From IMG/VR virus record IMGVR_UViG_3300024302_000005, positions 11,503-75,502 of that record: DNA of 64,000 nt. One strand, 5' to 3'. Both the position numbers and the translations under genes were made by a program. Positions 1 through 8,165 of the stretch are shown in pieces (position 1 is the stretch's first letter; each line of letters opens with the position of its first letter). The stretch is from a virus. A model generated the notes under the pieces. It searched no databases. It had not been told where the DNA came from and worked only from the letters and a program-made list of their open reading frames with translations.

Positions 1-30
1 ACCTGCTAAGGCCATAGATATATTCCTTGA

Positions 31-165
31 TTAGAGTGAAGTATTCCAATCACCCGAAACCATTATCCGGTCCATCACGATACGGTTCTTCACAGAACGC
101 ATGCAATCGGTGCCCGAAACAAGCTGAGCCAGTTGAACTAACTTCAGTACGATGTAGGTACGCAT
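31..165 (-). CDS. small hypothetical protein (44 aa), not in the ORF track
   Basis: ATG at 165 preceded by AAGGAGA on the minus strand; TAA at 31-33; another SD+ATG (at 15) follows and runs out of the window. Confidence 0.55.
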   Translation of the reverse strand: MRTYIVLKLVQLAQLVSGTDCMRSVKNRIVMDRIMVSGDWNTSL

Positions 166-259
166 GGTAATTCTCCTTCTCTCATGGGATCAGGGTAATA
201 GGTATGCGCATATAAGCCTAAATCAATACAAATATCAACATTTAAATCGGTTTATTACT

Positions 260-307
260 GTATACGACACTTAACGGCTGGTTTAATGTCGTATACGACA
301 TTTAACT
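260..307. repeat. overlapping direct/inverted repeat (GTATACGACA twice; TGTCGTATACGACA palindrome)
   Basis: seen directly in the non-coding region between the divergent late and early genes. Confidence 0.6.
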
Positions 308-884
308 TTCTGTAACCCTTTGATAACACCCACTTTCTCAGCCCTAAGAATAAGAAGCGGAAAGACCTCCCTTCGTCGGTCTGTTCCTATAGGCTGCCGC
401 CTCTGTATTTATATATTATATTTAATATATTCCGGGATATCCGTATTGCTTGGAACCCGCTTTCTTCGCTGCCTCTTGATCTACGCTCCCGCTGCGCTCC
501 GCTCCGATCAATCGGGAGCTCGAAAGTCTTGGTTCCCGCAATACAGATATCCCTATTCCAGTAGCTCCAGCAAGAAGGCCGTCCCCACGACCATGATCCC
601 CAACTTCGTAACAACTAACAATGTAAGCATATAAACTCCTACTTATTCCCCATGATAATTAATTATATAACATCTCTTAATTAATTTACCTAATTAGCTA
701 AATAGGAAATTTCCTATTTATTCCAATAAGCTATTAAGCTTAATTATTTTTATTATTTTTATTTTTAATATTAGCCGACTTAAGCAATTTTTTATAATTT
801 AAGTCCGACTGCAGTACTAACTAGGCAGGCCAGCCTCACCGAAAATACCCCCGCCCCTATTTTGCCTTAACGTCCCTTTTACAC

Positions 885-904
885 ACCTGCTATCGCAGGT
901 CAGG
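885..904 (+). promoter_or_regulatory. candidate virion-RNAP hairpin promoter P1
   Basis: ACCTGC-TATC-GCAGGT-CAGG; one of three copies with compensatory stem changes; lies upstream of the first early gene. Confidence 0.75.
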
Positions 905-936
905 TAATTACCTTAACCTTTAACAGGAGAACTCCT

Positions 937-1101
937 ATGAAAACCATCAACATGATCGCAGACATGATCCAGAAAGCCATCAGCGTAGCCAACCGTGTCA
1001 TCAACGGTTGCGACCATGGTGCAGCTATGTTCGAAGATGCCATGGACAACGCCAGGGCCACTCAGCTTGCTGAGATGACCAAAGCAGCAAAGTCTGCTTA
1101 A
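937..1101 (+). CDS. first early protein (54 aa), not in the ORF track
   Basis: AGGAGA SD; MKTINMIADMIQKAISVANRV...KSA; bounded by a promoter hairpin and a terminator. Confidence 0.8.
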   Translation: MKTINMIADMIQKAISVANRVINGCDHGAAMFEDAMDNARATQLAEMTKAAKSA

Positions 1102-1109
1102 GCTCTATT

Positions 1110-1143
1110 CCCAGGACCCTCAGGGGTTCTGGGTTTATCTTTA
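1110..1143 (+). terminator. intrinsic terminator
   Basis: CCCAGGACCC...GGGTTCTGGG stem followed by TTTATCTTT. Confidence 0.7.
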
Positions 1144-1184
1144 TACCTACACATACACACAAAGAGAGAGAGCCTCGAGAGGGA

Positions 1185-1204
1185 GCTTGCTATCGCAAGT
1201 AAGG
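1185..1204 (+). promoter_or_regulatory. candidate virion-RNAP hairpin promoter P2
   Basis: GCTTGC-TATC-GCAAGT-AAGG. Confidence 0.75.
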
Positions 1205-1254
1205 AATAAGGTTAATCCTTATTAACTTAATTAACCCTAATAGGAGGATCTACT

Positions 1255-1458
1255 ATGTCCCTTAAATCTGTAGCTATCTTAGCAATAACCCTGGCTTTCC
1301 TTATAAGCGCAATAATTAAGGCCACTGTAGATAATCTCTACATCTTACCTGATGCTTATATCCAAGGTTATATTGGCTTAGGCATCGATGTGCTTAGCCT
1401 CTTAATCCCTATAATAGGCACTGTCCTTATTACCTTGGAATACAAGGAAGGAGAATAA
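1255..1458 (+). CDS. early membrane protein (2 predicted TM segments)
   Basis: AGGAGG SD; two hydrophobic stretches. Confidence 0.7.
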   Translation: MSLKSVAILAITLAFLISAIIKATVDNLYILPDAYIQGYIGLGIDVLSLLIPIIGTVLITLEYKEGE

Positions 1459-1460
1459 CC

Positions 1461-1691
1461 ATGTCTGGTGTATCTAATGTTGGCGACGGAGCAATACCAA
1501 CACCTTTGACAGGAGGTTACCACATCTACTGTCTTGAGGTGCGTAAGAAAGGACATCAGTTGATGTCCCGGACATTCTACAATAGCTACGACCTGGCCTT
1601 TACAGCGTACTGTAAGGCTAAGGACAATGGCTATAGCACCATCACAGACCTGTTGATTTACCCAGTCTGGGTGGTTGCAGGAGAAAGCTAA
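1461..1691 (+). CDS. hypothetical early protein
   Basis: AAGGAG SD; directly follows the previous gene. Confidence 0.65.
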   Translation: MSGVSNVGDGAIPTPLTGGYHIYCLEVRKKGHQLMSRTFYNSYDLAFTAYCKAKDNGYSTITDLLIYPVWVVAGES

Positions 1692-1695
1692 AGAT

Positions 1696-1731
1696 CAGAG
1701 GCCCTGTAATAAGGGTCTCTGGTTATTCCTT
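1696..1731 (+). terminator. intrinsic terminator (GAGGCCC/GGGTCTC family)
   Basis: CAGAGGCCC...GGGTCTCTG stem; same stem family recurs at ~2278 and ~4001. Confidence 0.65.
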
Positions 1732-1749
1732 AATAGATAGACTGATAAA

Positions 1750-1769
1750 GCCCGCTATCGCGGGTTAGG
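1750..1769 (+). promoter_or_regulatory. candidate virion-RNAP hairpin promoter P3
   Basis: GCCCGC-TATC-GCGGGT-TAGG. Confidence 0.75.
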
Positions 1770-1874
1770 AGTTGTCTGACCTCGATGTCAGAGACCAATG
1801 GGCAATTTTGCCCGAAGGGCTTCGGTGCGCAGCGCCGTTGTCCTTAATTCAAATCCCAACGATAGGAGAATATC

Positions 1875-2240
1875 ATGGGTATGCTTTCAAATAAGACCAA
1901 GACCACAGTCGGCGCAGACAAGACGCCACGGGATCGTTTCATCCTGGGTAACAGCGATTGTTACTTTGAGTCGGCGCAGTACTTGACAGGCCTTATGCCT
2001 CTCGAGAAGGTGAAGAAGCTCTTTGCCAATCCGGTTACTGAGCTCATGGGTACCAAGGGCAAGAGCCTGAAGGTCATGTTCACCACTCCGGACGGTGAGA
2101 TCAAGTTCATGGGCTTCGTCACTGCTGGTGATGCAAGCCTTGAGCTGGATGTCGAGCACATTCCGGAGATCATGGAGCATGTGACTGCCGGGCCAATCCT
2201 GGTAGCCGTTAATCCAGTTGATCTGGTTGCGATGTTGTAG
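1875..2240 (+). CDS. early protein (position and size similar to the N4 gp2 activator; homology not evident)
   Basis: AGGAGA SD; has its own promoter hairpin and terminator. Confidence 0.65.
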   Translation: MGMLSNKTKTTVGADKTPRDRFILGNSDCYFESAQYLTGLMPLEKVKKLFANPVTELMGTKGKSLKVMFTTPDGEIKFMGFVTAGDASLELDVEHIPEIMEHVTAGPILVAVNPVDLVAML

Positions 2241-2277
2241 ATCCCTGCCTGGCCTTAGGCTGGTTCGGATCGGAGCG

Positions 2278-2314
2278 CTGGAGGCCCTGTAGTGGGGTCT
2301 CCAGTCCCTTTTTA
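2278..2314 (+). terminator. intrinsic terminator
   Basis: CTGGAGGCCC...GGGTCTCCAG followed by a T-run. Confidence 0.7.
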
Positions 2315-2338
2315 TAAGCTAATACGGGAGAGCATTCG

Positions 2339-2557
2339 ATGCGCCAACGTAAATCAAGTTATATCCCATTTGGGAACGGAGCTATCTTAGATCCTGAGTT
2401 CGAGGAGATACTTGAACGTATTCACTGGTCTGCAGGAGCTGAGCTATTAACCGATAAGAATGTCGAATCCGTTGAGCATAGAAGAGCTCGGAGGATCCGT
2501 GAGCGTTCTTATACAAGTACCTATTTAGACACCGAAGCGTATCTGGATAGGTCATGA
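2339..2557 (+). CDS. hypothetical protein
   Basis: GGAGAG SD; co-oriented with neighbours. Confidence 0.6.
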   Translation: MRQRKSSYIPFGNGAILDPEFEEILERIHWSAGAELLTDKNVESVEHRRARRIRERSYTSTYLDTEAYLDRS

Positions 2558-2569
2558 CAGGAGGATGTT

Positions 2570-2998
2570 ATGATCGATTCGTTCGATGAAGAATATGCGT
2601 TCCTTAGTAACTTTTACCCTTGTGAAGTTATGTGTACCGAAAGGATCATCTACCCGACTGTTGAGCATGCCTTTCAGGCTATGAAAACAGTTGATCTGGA
2701 TGATCGTCGGATCATTGCAGAGTGCCCTACTCCAGGGAAATCCAAGAGGCTGGGCCGCAAGGTCCAGCTGAGGAATAACTGGAATGCTATACGTATTAAC
2801 GTCATGCATGACCTTCTGGTACAGAAGTTTAATCAAGAGCCCTTTAGCATTCAGCTTATGGAAACTAATGGCCATGAGCTGATTGAGGGCAATCACTGGA
2901 ACGATACGTTCTGGGGAGTATGCCATGGCAAGGGTAGCAATACCCTTGGCAAACTCCTGATGGATATCAGAGAGAAGTTACTATCCGAAGGACCATAA
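2570..2998 (+). CDS. NADAR (YbiA/DUF1768) family N-glycosidase
   Basis: FLSNFY, TVEHAFQAMK, KF, LIE...DTFWG, GxNxLGKLLMDIRE motifs. Confidence 0.9.
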   Translation: MIDSFDEEYAFLSNFYPCEVMCTERIIYPTVEHAFQAMKTVDLDDRRIIAECPTPGKSKRLGRKVQLRNNWNAIRINVMHDLLVQKFNQEPFSIQLMETNGHELIEGNHWNDTFWGVCHGKGSNTLGKLLMDIREKLLSEGP

Positions 2999-3030
2999 GG
3001 CCCACTAACCCTTAAATAGGAGGACATTCG

Positions 3031-3243
3031 ATGTCCAATTACAGTCAAGCTACTGAGTCACCCGAGTACGTTACAACGGGTAACAGCACTATCCACCCTA
3101 CACCTGTATCCGATGAGGATGCAGTGAAGGTTGTTCCTAAATGGCAGTTCGACATGGGTATCCCATGGAAGGCCATGACTCCTCAGCAACAGCGTGGCCG
3201 GCGTAAAGAGATGCGTCGTAATTCGTTGAAATCCAATGGATAA
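3031..3243 (+). CDS. hypothetical protein
   Basis: AGGAGG SD. Confidence 0.6.
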   Translation: MSNYSQATESPEYVTTGNSTIHPTPVSDEDAVKVVPKWQFDMGIPWKAMTPQQQRGRRKEMRRNSLKSNG

Positions 3244-3415
3244 GACCATGTTGATGCCACTGTTAGCGCTTATGTTTGCGCTTGCAGTGGTAGGCCTCTT
3301 TGTACTCCACAATGAGACAAAGAGAATAGGCTACAACAACGGATACGCAGCATGCGAATCCAATGAGCTAAGGCATATGCCTTTAACCCTTAAACCTTAA
3401 GAATGGAGTCATTCG

Positions 3416-3685
3416 ATGGCCGTTAATCCTGAAGACCATATCACTACCGATTGGGGTACTGATCTGGGAGTTAAGACGCTGGCATTGAGCGCAATCAATG
3501 CATTAGAGGCTGCACTACCTGGAGAGCCATTCTCCAAGCAGTTCGGTTATGAGTTCAAGAAGTGGTGCACAGAACATAACGTGTTCTACTACTGCCGCTG
3601 CGGTGAAGACTTCAGCTGGATTCATGGGACTCATTTGGCCCGTGAAGCCAAGGCTGACTACGTACTCATGGAGAGTCTCTCATGA
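3416..3685 (+). CDS. hypothetical protein
   Basis: GGAG SD; ATGA coupling to the next gene. Confidence 0.6.
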   Translation: MAVNPEDHITTDWGTDLGVKTLALSAINALEAALPGEPFSKQFGYEFKKWCTEHNVFYYCRCGEDFSWIHGTHLAREAKADYVLMESLS

Positions 3686-3873
3686 GCTACGTGTTAGCTG
3701 GTTGGGTTAACAACCACATCGCGCTGCCAGAGCAACGGTTCTCTACGCCAGATGACGCTATGAGTGCGTTTGAGGCCGTTGTGGCAGCTCCTGTCACGCC
3801 TGTTGAGGTTACCCTGTGGGAGACACAGGGTAGGCAATACAAGCTAATCAAGGACTTCTATGATGTTCAATGA
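3682..3873 (+). CDS. hypothetical protein
   Basis: ATGA overlap with the upstream gene. Confidence 0.55.
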   Translation: MSYVLAGWVNNHIALPEQRFSTPDDAMSAFEAVVAAPVTPVEVTLWETQGRQYKLIKDFYDVQ

Positions 3874-4000
3874 GAACTTCAAGATCCGTCACTTAATCAT
3901 CTATTCAATAGTCGGAGCAGCAGGGACCTATGGGTTCCTGGTGTTCGGGCTGTCGTTAGGTCAATTCCTCAAATAGCTAATACCGTTGGAATACCAACAG

Positions 4001-4037
4001 AATAGAGGCCCTTAATTGGGTCTCTATTTCTTTTTTT
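4001..4037 (+). terminator. intrinsic terminator ending the early block
   Basis: AATAGAGGCCC-TTAATT-GGGTCTCTATT followed by a T7 run. Confidence 0.8.
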
Positions 4038-4058
4038 AAGATGGTGTAGGAGAACACT

Positions 4059-4370
4059 ATGGGAAAGCGCATTAAAAGATCCGCAAAAAGTAAGATATCC
4101 CAACAAAAAGCAGCTGCTCATCTGCTGCCTAAGCACGATCCAGGCTTATCATCTACTGACTGCCCTGCATGCCCTCAAAGCAAGGGTGGTATCGTTGGAA
4201 TGCTAGGCAACACGGTACACTACCGCTGCAGAGATTGTGGAATCGGTTTCTTTCGTGAAATAGATTGTACCTCCTGCAAGCATAGCTCAGACAATAATGG
4301 TAACTGCATGGGCTGTAATGAATGCGATGATGACTTTAGCAGCTGGGAGCTAGTCGATGTGTACACGTAA
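4059..4370 (+). CDS. Cys-rich zinc-finger-like protein
   Basis: AGGAGA SD; four CxxC-type pairs. Confidence 0.65.
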   Translation: MGKRIKRSAKSKISQQKAAAHLLPKHDPGLSSTDCPACPQSKGGIVGMLGNTVHYRCRDCGIGFFREIDCTSCKHSSDNNGNCMGCNECDDDFSSWELVDVYT

Positions 4371-4923
4371 ATGCCAAACAGCTGGTTGCGTATTCGAAAC
4401 AACTGGGGCTGATAAGTGGATAGCTCACTCCAAAGAATGTGTGCAAATAGCCCTTAATCAGTGGAATACTGTCCTGCAGTACCACCAAATGCCCAGACAG
4501 GTGCTACAACAGATGGGTAAGACACGCCCAACAGTGCTGGACACTATTCCGAAGGAAGTGGTGCTGAGAGGTCCTAAGCATGCTGTAGGGCCCTTCCATA
4601 CCGCCAGGATGTGGGAGTTCTATCAGTGGTACTGGACCGGGACGCAGGTAATTACCCAAGCGCCTACTGGCCAGTATGACCACTTCGGCAACACCACCCA
4701 TGCTAAAAGGCATAGGGGAGTGTGGAAACGTAAGCAGATAGTCTGCCTGGAATACTGGGTAGACCAAGGGGATGATGGCCATACAGACTTCATTCACCGC
4801 GGTATGCTGCTCTGTACTCAAGGGCAGCTCAATGATGCACAGAATGATGGTGACACCTGGGGTTACCGTCCGATAGCTAATATCGACTGGTGTAAGCTGA
4901 TCAAAGCGGAGAAATGGGGATAA
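4357..4923 (+). CDS. hypothetical protein
   Basis: 188-aa ORF overlapping the upstream gene end. Confidence 0.6.
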   Translation: MCTRKCQTAGCVFETTGADKWIAHSKECVQIALNQWNTVLQYHQMPRQVLQQMGKTRPTVLDTIPKEVVLRGPKHAVGPFHTARMWEFYQWYWTGTQVITQAPTGQYDHFGNTTHAKRHRGVWKRKQIVCLEYWVDQGDDGHTDFIHRGMLLCTQGQLNDAQNDGDTWGYRPIANIDWCKLIKAEKWG

Positions 4924-5072
4924 CCGATGACACATAAAATCGAAGAGACTAAGAGACCATGGGGTGAGGAAATCACCCTTCGTCAATTTATTGATGAAAC
5001 CCTTAACAGGACAACTAAACGCTGGCTATTCAACGTATTCCTGTTCTTGGGTGTTATAGCTTTAATTAGCTA

Positions 5073-5276
5073 ATGGGTACCGGTAACCAACAAGATCACT
5101 ATTCCTATCTCGAGCGGCTTAAAAAGATAGGGAATGTACCAATGCACGGAGCAGGACCTTACCTGGGTCTACGCTTCCAAATGACTCTTCATGAGGCACA
5201 GGTAGTGCTGCAGGGATGGTTCAGATCCAAGGAAATACGGGAGAAAACCGATGACTTCCAAAATAGTAATCTTTGA
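5073..5276 (+). CDS. small hypothetical phage protein
   Basis: YLxxL...MHGAGPYL...F...EA...L..W pattern. Confidence 0.55.
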   Translation: MGTGNQQDHYSYLERLKKIGNVPMHGAGPYLGLRFQMTLHEAQVVLQGWFRSKEIREKTDDFQNSNL

Positions 5277-5865
5277 CATAGATGGTACGCTCGCTAATCT
5301 AGAGCACCGTCTTCATTTTATCCGGCCGGAAGTAGGGAAAACATACCAAACCAAGAAATCTGACATTCCTTATGAAGTCACGGCAGTGGATTACAAAACC
5401 AAAACAGTTTGGTTGCGGGGGTTACCGGAGAACCCTACCACTATTTTGCCTACTAACTGGAAAAATCTTAAATTCAAGCCAGATTGGGATGCTTTCCACG
5501 GTAACGTGGATGGTGATGCTCCTATCCAGGAGATGTTAGATCTCTGCTGGATGTATCTCAAAATGCGTAGTAACTTTCATAATCACCCTGGTGTCATCTT
5601 CGTAACAGGGCGTATGCGCTCCTGTGAGCTCGCTACAAGGCTTTGGCTGGAAAAGCACCTCAAGTACTCCGCGGAGAGCTTTACGCTCCTCATGCGGCCA
5701 GATAGTGACTACAGGCCCGACTTTGAGATCAAGGAAAAGATCCTTCATGAACTAAAGGCTAAGGGCATTAATCCCATCCTGGCCTTTGACGATAGGCAAA
5801 CGGTCGTAGACATGTGGAGACGTAACGGTGTCCGCTGCGCTCAAGTAGCCGAGGGAAATTTCTAG
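5251..5865 (+). CDS. HAD-family polynucleotide 3'-phosphatase (similar to the T4 PseT phosphatase domain)
   Basis: FDIDGTLA, TGR, MR..D.RPD..IK, FDDR..VVDMWR motifs. Confidence 0.85.
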   Translation: MTSKIVIFDIDGTLANLEHRLHFIRPEVGKTYQTKKSDIPYEVTAVDYKTKTVWLRGLPENPTTILPTNWKNLKFKPDWDAFHGNVDGDAPIQEMLDLCWMYLKMRSNFHNHPGVIFVTGRMRSCELATRLWLEKHLKYSAESFTLLMRPDSDYRPDFEIKEKILHELKAKGINPILAFDDRQTVVDMWRRNGVRCAQVAEGNF

Positions 5866-6068
5866 TGACTAAATACAAAATAGATCCAACGGTAGTTAGT
5901 GTAAACAGGGACGCCCTTAGGCAGGTGCTGATTGTTGCAATCATAGCCAGGGATACTGCTTTAGCAGAGTCCAATGACTACACCTTCCCTACTCATTACC
6001 GAGAAGCTAAGGCTGAAGATTGGCGTGTTTTAATGGCTGCCATAGCAAAACTGGAAGATACGGTATGA
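5865..6068 (+). CDS. hypothetical protein
   Basis: translationally coupled ORF. Confidence 0.5.
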   Translation: MTKYKIDPTVVSVNRDALRQVLIVAIIARDTALAESNDYTFPTHYREAKAEDWRVLMAAIAKLEDTV

Positions 6069-6300
6069 ATAACCGCAGCCCAGTAATCAAGGTTAAGGCT
6101 GAGGATCAATGCATTGGGTGTGTATTTTACCACCCGGAATGCCTCGATCTTAAGAAGTTCCAACCTAATAACCGGAGATGGTGTGCTAACGGATCCTATC
6201 ATGCTCCTGCCATCTGTAAGGCCGAGGGTACGATATTTGTACCAAGGGTTAACCGATAAAGCCGGCTACCGCCGGTTGGGTATTCCAAAGGAGATCAAAA

Positions 6301-6564
6301 ATGCCCATTACAGTAGTTAACAAATATGCTTCGCTGTATGACGTTTACATCGGTAGAGGCACTAAATGGGGGAATCCATTTGTTATTGGCAAAGATGGTT
6401 CCCGTGAAGAAGTTATCCAAAAATTTGAAGAACATCTTCAAAATAGCCCGGAATTGCTCGCTGCATTGCCTGAGCTAAAGGACAAGACTTTAGGCTGCTT
6501 CTGCAAACCTAAAGCCTGCCATGGTGATATTCTTAAGGAATACGCGGAGGCAGGCCATGATTGA
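6301..6564 (+). CDS. DUF4326 family protein
   Basis: VYIGRGTKWGNPF ... LGCFCKPKACHGDIL. Confidence 0.85.
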   Translation: MPITVVNKYASLYDVYIGRGTKWGNPFVIGKDGSREEVIQKFEEHLQNSPELLAALPELKDKTLGCFCKPKACHGDILKEYAEAGHD

Positions 6565-6985
6565 AACCCCGTTCGGACTAATCATAGCAGGCGGTAGAGA
6601 CTTCACCGACTACGCTATGATGGAGAAAGCTTTTATGAAATTCGTGGGTGACACGGATGATCAAAGCATAACTATCATATCCGGAACAGCTGGTGGAGCC
6701 GATCGACTCGGTGAACGCATAGCTAAGGAATATGGCCTTCCCTTGCTCCAAATGCCTGCAAATTGGAATAAACACGGCAAATCTGCTGGATATATCCGTA
6801 ATGCGGAGATGGCTGTGCAAGGAACCCACCTATTAGCTATGTGGGACGGGCAGAGCCGAGGCACTAAGCACATGATCGAGACTGCCATGAAGCAAGCTTT
6901 GACAATCGAGGTCGTAATGTACACCGCTCCTCCTCGCAAGAAATATAGCGAGAGGAACATCATTCAGCCAATAACGGAGACATAA
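6557..6985 (+). CDS. SLOG superfamily (YspA/cpYpsA, DUF2493-like) protein
   Basis: IIAGGRDF, SGTAGGADRLGE, PANW..HGKSAGYIRNAEM, WDGQSRGTKHMI; start taken at the MIETP Met behind GGAGG. Confidence 0.85.
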   Translation: MIETPFGLIIAGGRDFTDYAMMEKAFMKFVGDTDDQSITIISGTAGGADRLGERIAKEYGLPLLQMPANWNKHGKSAGYIRNAEMAVQGTHLLAMWDGQSRGTKHMIETAMKQALTIEVVMYTAPPRKKYSERNIIQPITET

Positions 6986-6986
6986 C

Positions 6987-7709
6987 ATGGCGAAAATTCG
7001 CTTAAACAACGATAAACGGGGTGTTCTGCATGGTCTTGCAGCACGAGTGGTAAAAGCCACTCCCATCGATCCATCCACTGAAGCTCGTGTAAACAAGGCT
7101 GAGAAGGTATACGATAGTACCTTTGCTGCTTTGGCCTCAGCAACGGTTAAGGCTGTGGTCAAAACACAGAATGCCAAAGAGATGGTTGTGCTGAAGAAAC
7201 ACCGTTTCCTCGCAGATTGCCATCAAATTTGGGGAGTGAACCTGGATACCCAAGAGGTTATCCAGGTAAACTTGTTTAACGCTACTGCTTACCAGCGTAT
7301 TCATCCTATAAATCATTTACATGATTATAATGAGCGGCATGTACGCCAGCGGGATGAGAATACAGCAAGGGATAAAACAGAGATATCTGTTATCCAAGGT
7401 GGGAAGGGCTCTTACCAATCCCCTCTGCCGTTAAATGCTAAAACTTTGAGGCTAACGGGTGAGCTGAAACGTGCAACCGAAGAGCTGAATATTGCTATCA
7501 CCCTGGATGCCGAAAAGCGCAGTACAATCCTGAATGATTTCACTGCTCTCATTGAATGCTCCAAGACCTTCGAAGATGTGGTGGCAATCTGGCCTGAAGC
7601 CGCTGAAGTGACTGATGAAATCATGGGTCACTCTCAACAAGTAGCCCTTATGTCCTCTGATGCTGTCGAGCGTATCAAGGCCAATATGGCTATCCGCAAC
7701 AAACCTTAA
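6987..7709 (+). CDS. Nmad5-like protein
   Basis: N-terminal IRLNNDKR and C-terminal T...V..WPEA pattern. Confidence 0.5.
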   Translation: MAKIRLNNDKRGVLHGLAARVVKATPIDPSTEARVNKAEKVYDSTFAALASATVKAVVKTQNAKEMVVLKKHRFLADCHQIWGVNLDTQEVIQVNLFNATAYQRIHPINHLHDYNERHVRQRDENTARDKTEISVIQGGKGSYQSPLPLNAKTLRLTGELKRATEELNIAITLDAEKRSTILNDFTALIECSKTFEDVVAIWPEAAEVTDEIMGHSQQVALMSSDAVERIKANMAIRNKP

Positions 7710-7716
7710 CCAAATT

Positions 7717-7871
7717 CTGGCTGTGCCTGAATGATGGGACCTGGGAAGTGAAAGCCCAGGCGACCAGTGTTAACTCTCAACAAGGGTGAGATAGCTGGTG
7801 TAAGTATGAAATCCATCTCCGAAAGGTACCAACGGTGTCCCGGTTCGATCCCGAGCTATAGGCACAGCCGG
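7717..7871 (+). ncRNA. candidate structured RNA with a T-arm-like hairpin
   Basis: GGCTGTGCCT/AGGCACAGCC closing stem; internal CCTGGG/CCCAGG, ACCAG/CTGGT and TCTCA/TGAGA helices; CGG-TTCGATC-CCG. Confidence 0.6.
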
Positions 7872-7884
7872 TCTCAATTAGATA

Positions 7885-8112
7885 ATGGGGAAAGTTTTGC
7901 CAAAAAAATTAAAGAGAATCGATCGACAAGAATTCGCCTATTGCCAAATGTCTAAGCGCAAATTCGTTGTAATGCGACGTATGATCGCTACTGACGATGT
8001 GTGGACACGTTGGGCAGATTGCGAACTCGAAGGAGCTGCAAAGCGTATTGTTAAAACCATGAACGATAACCCGGAAAGGTTATTCAGCAATACCGCACTT
8101 AGTTCCAAATGA
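7885..8112 (+). CDS. hypothetical protein
   Basis: ORF ending at the convergent terminator. Confidence 0.5.
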   Translation: MGKVLPKKLKRIDRQEFAYCQMSKRKFVVMRRMIATDDVWTRWADCELEGAAKRIVKTMNDNPERLFSNTALSSK

Positions 8113-8150
8113 GAAAAGGGCTACGTGTTTTAAACGTAGCCCTCCTTCTC
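8111..8150. terminator. terminator between convergent genes
   Basis: AGGGCTACGT...ACGTAGCCCT stem. Confidence 0.7.
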
Positions 8151-8165
8151 GCCGGGTTGTTGGTA

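Noticed and set aside
320-634. ORFs 320-634 (+) and 387-614 (-)
   Set aside because: No SD, atypical composition, and they lie in the probable terminal non-coding region
7725-7815. Hammerhead ribozyme (CTGAATGA...GAAA)
   Set aside because: The core does not match CUGANGA and the required three-stem arrangement is not evident
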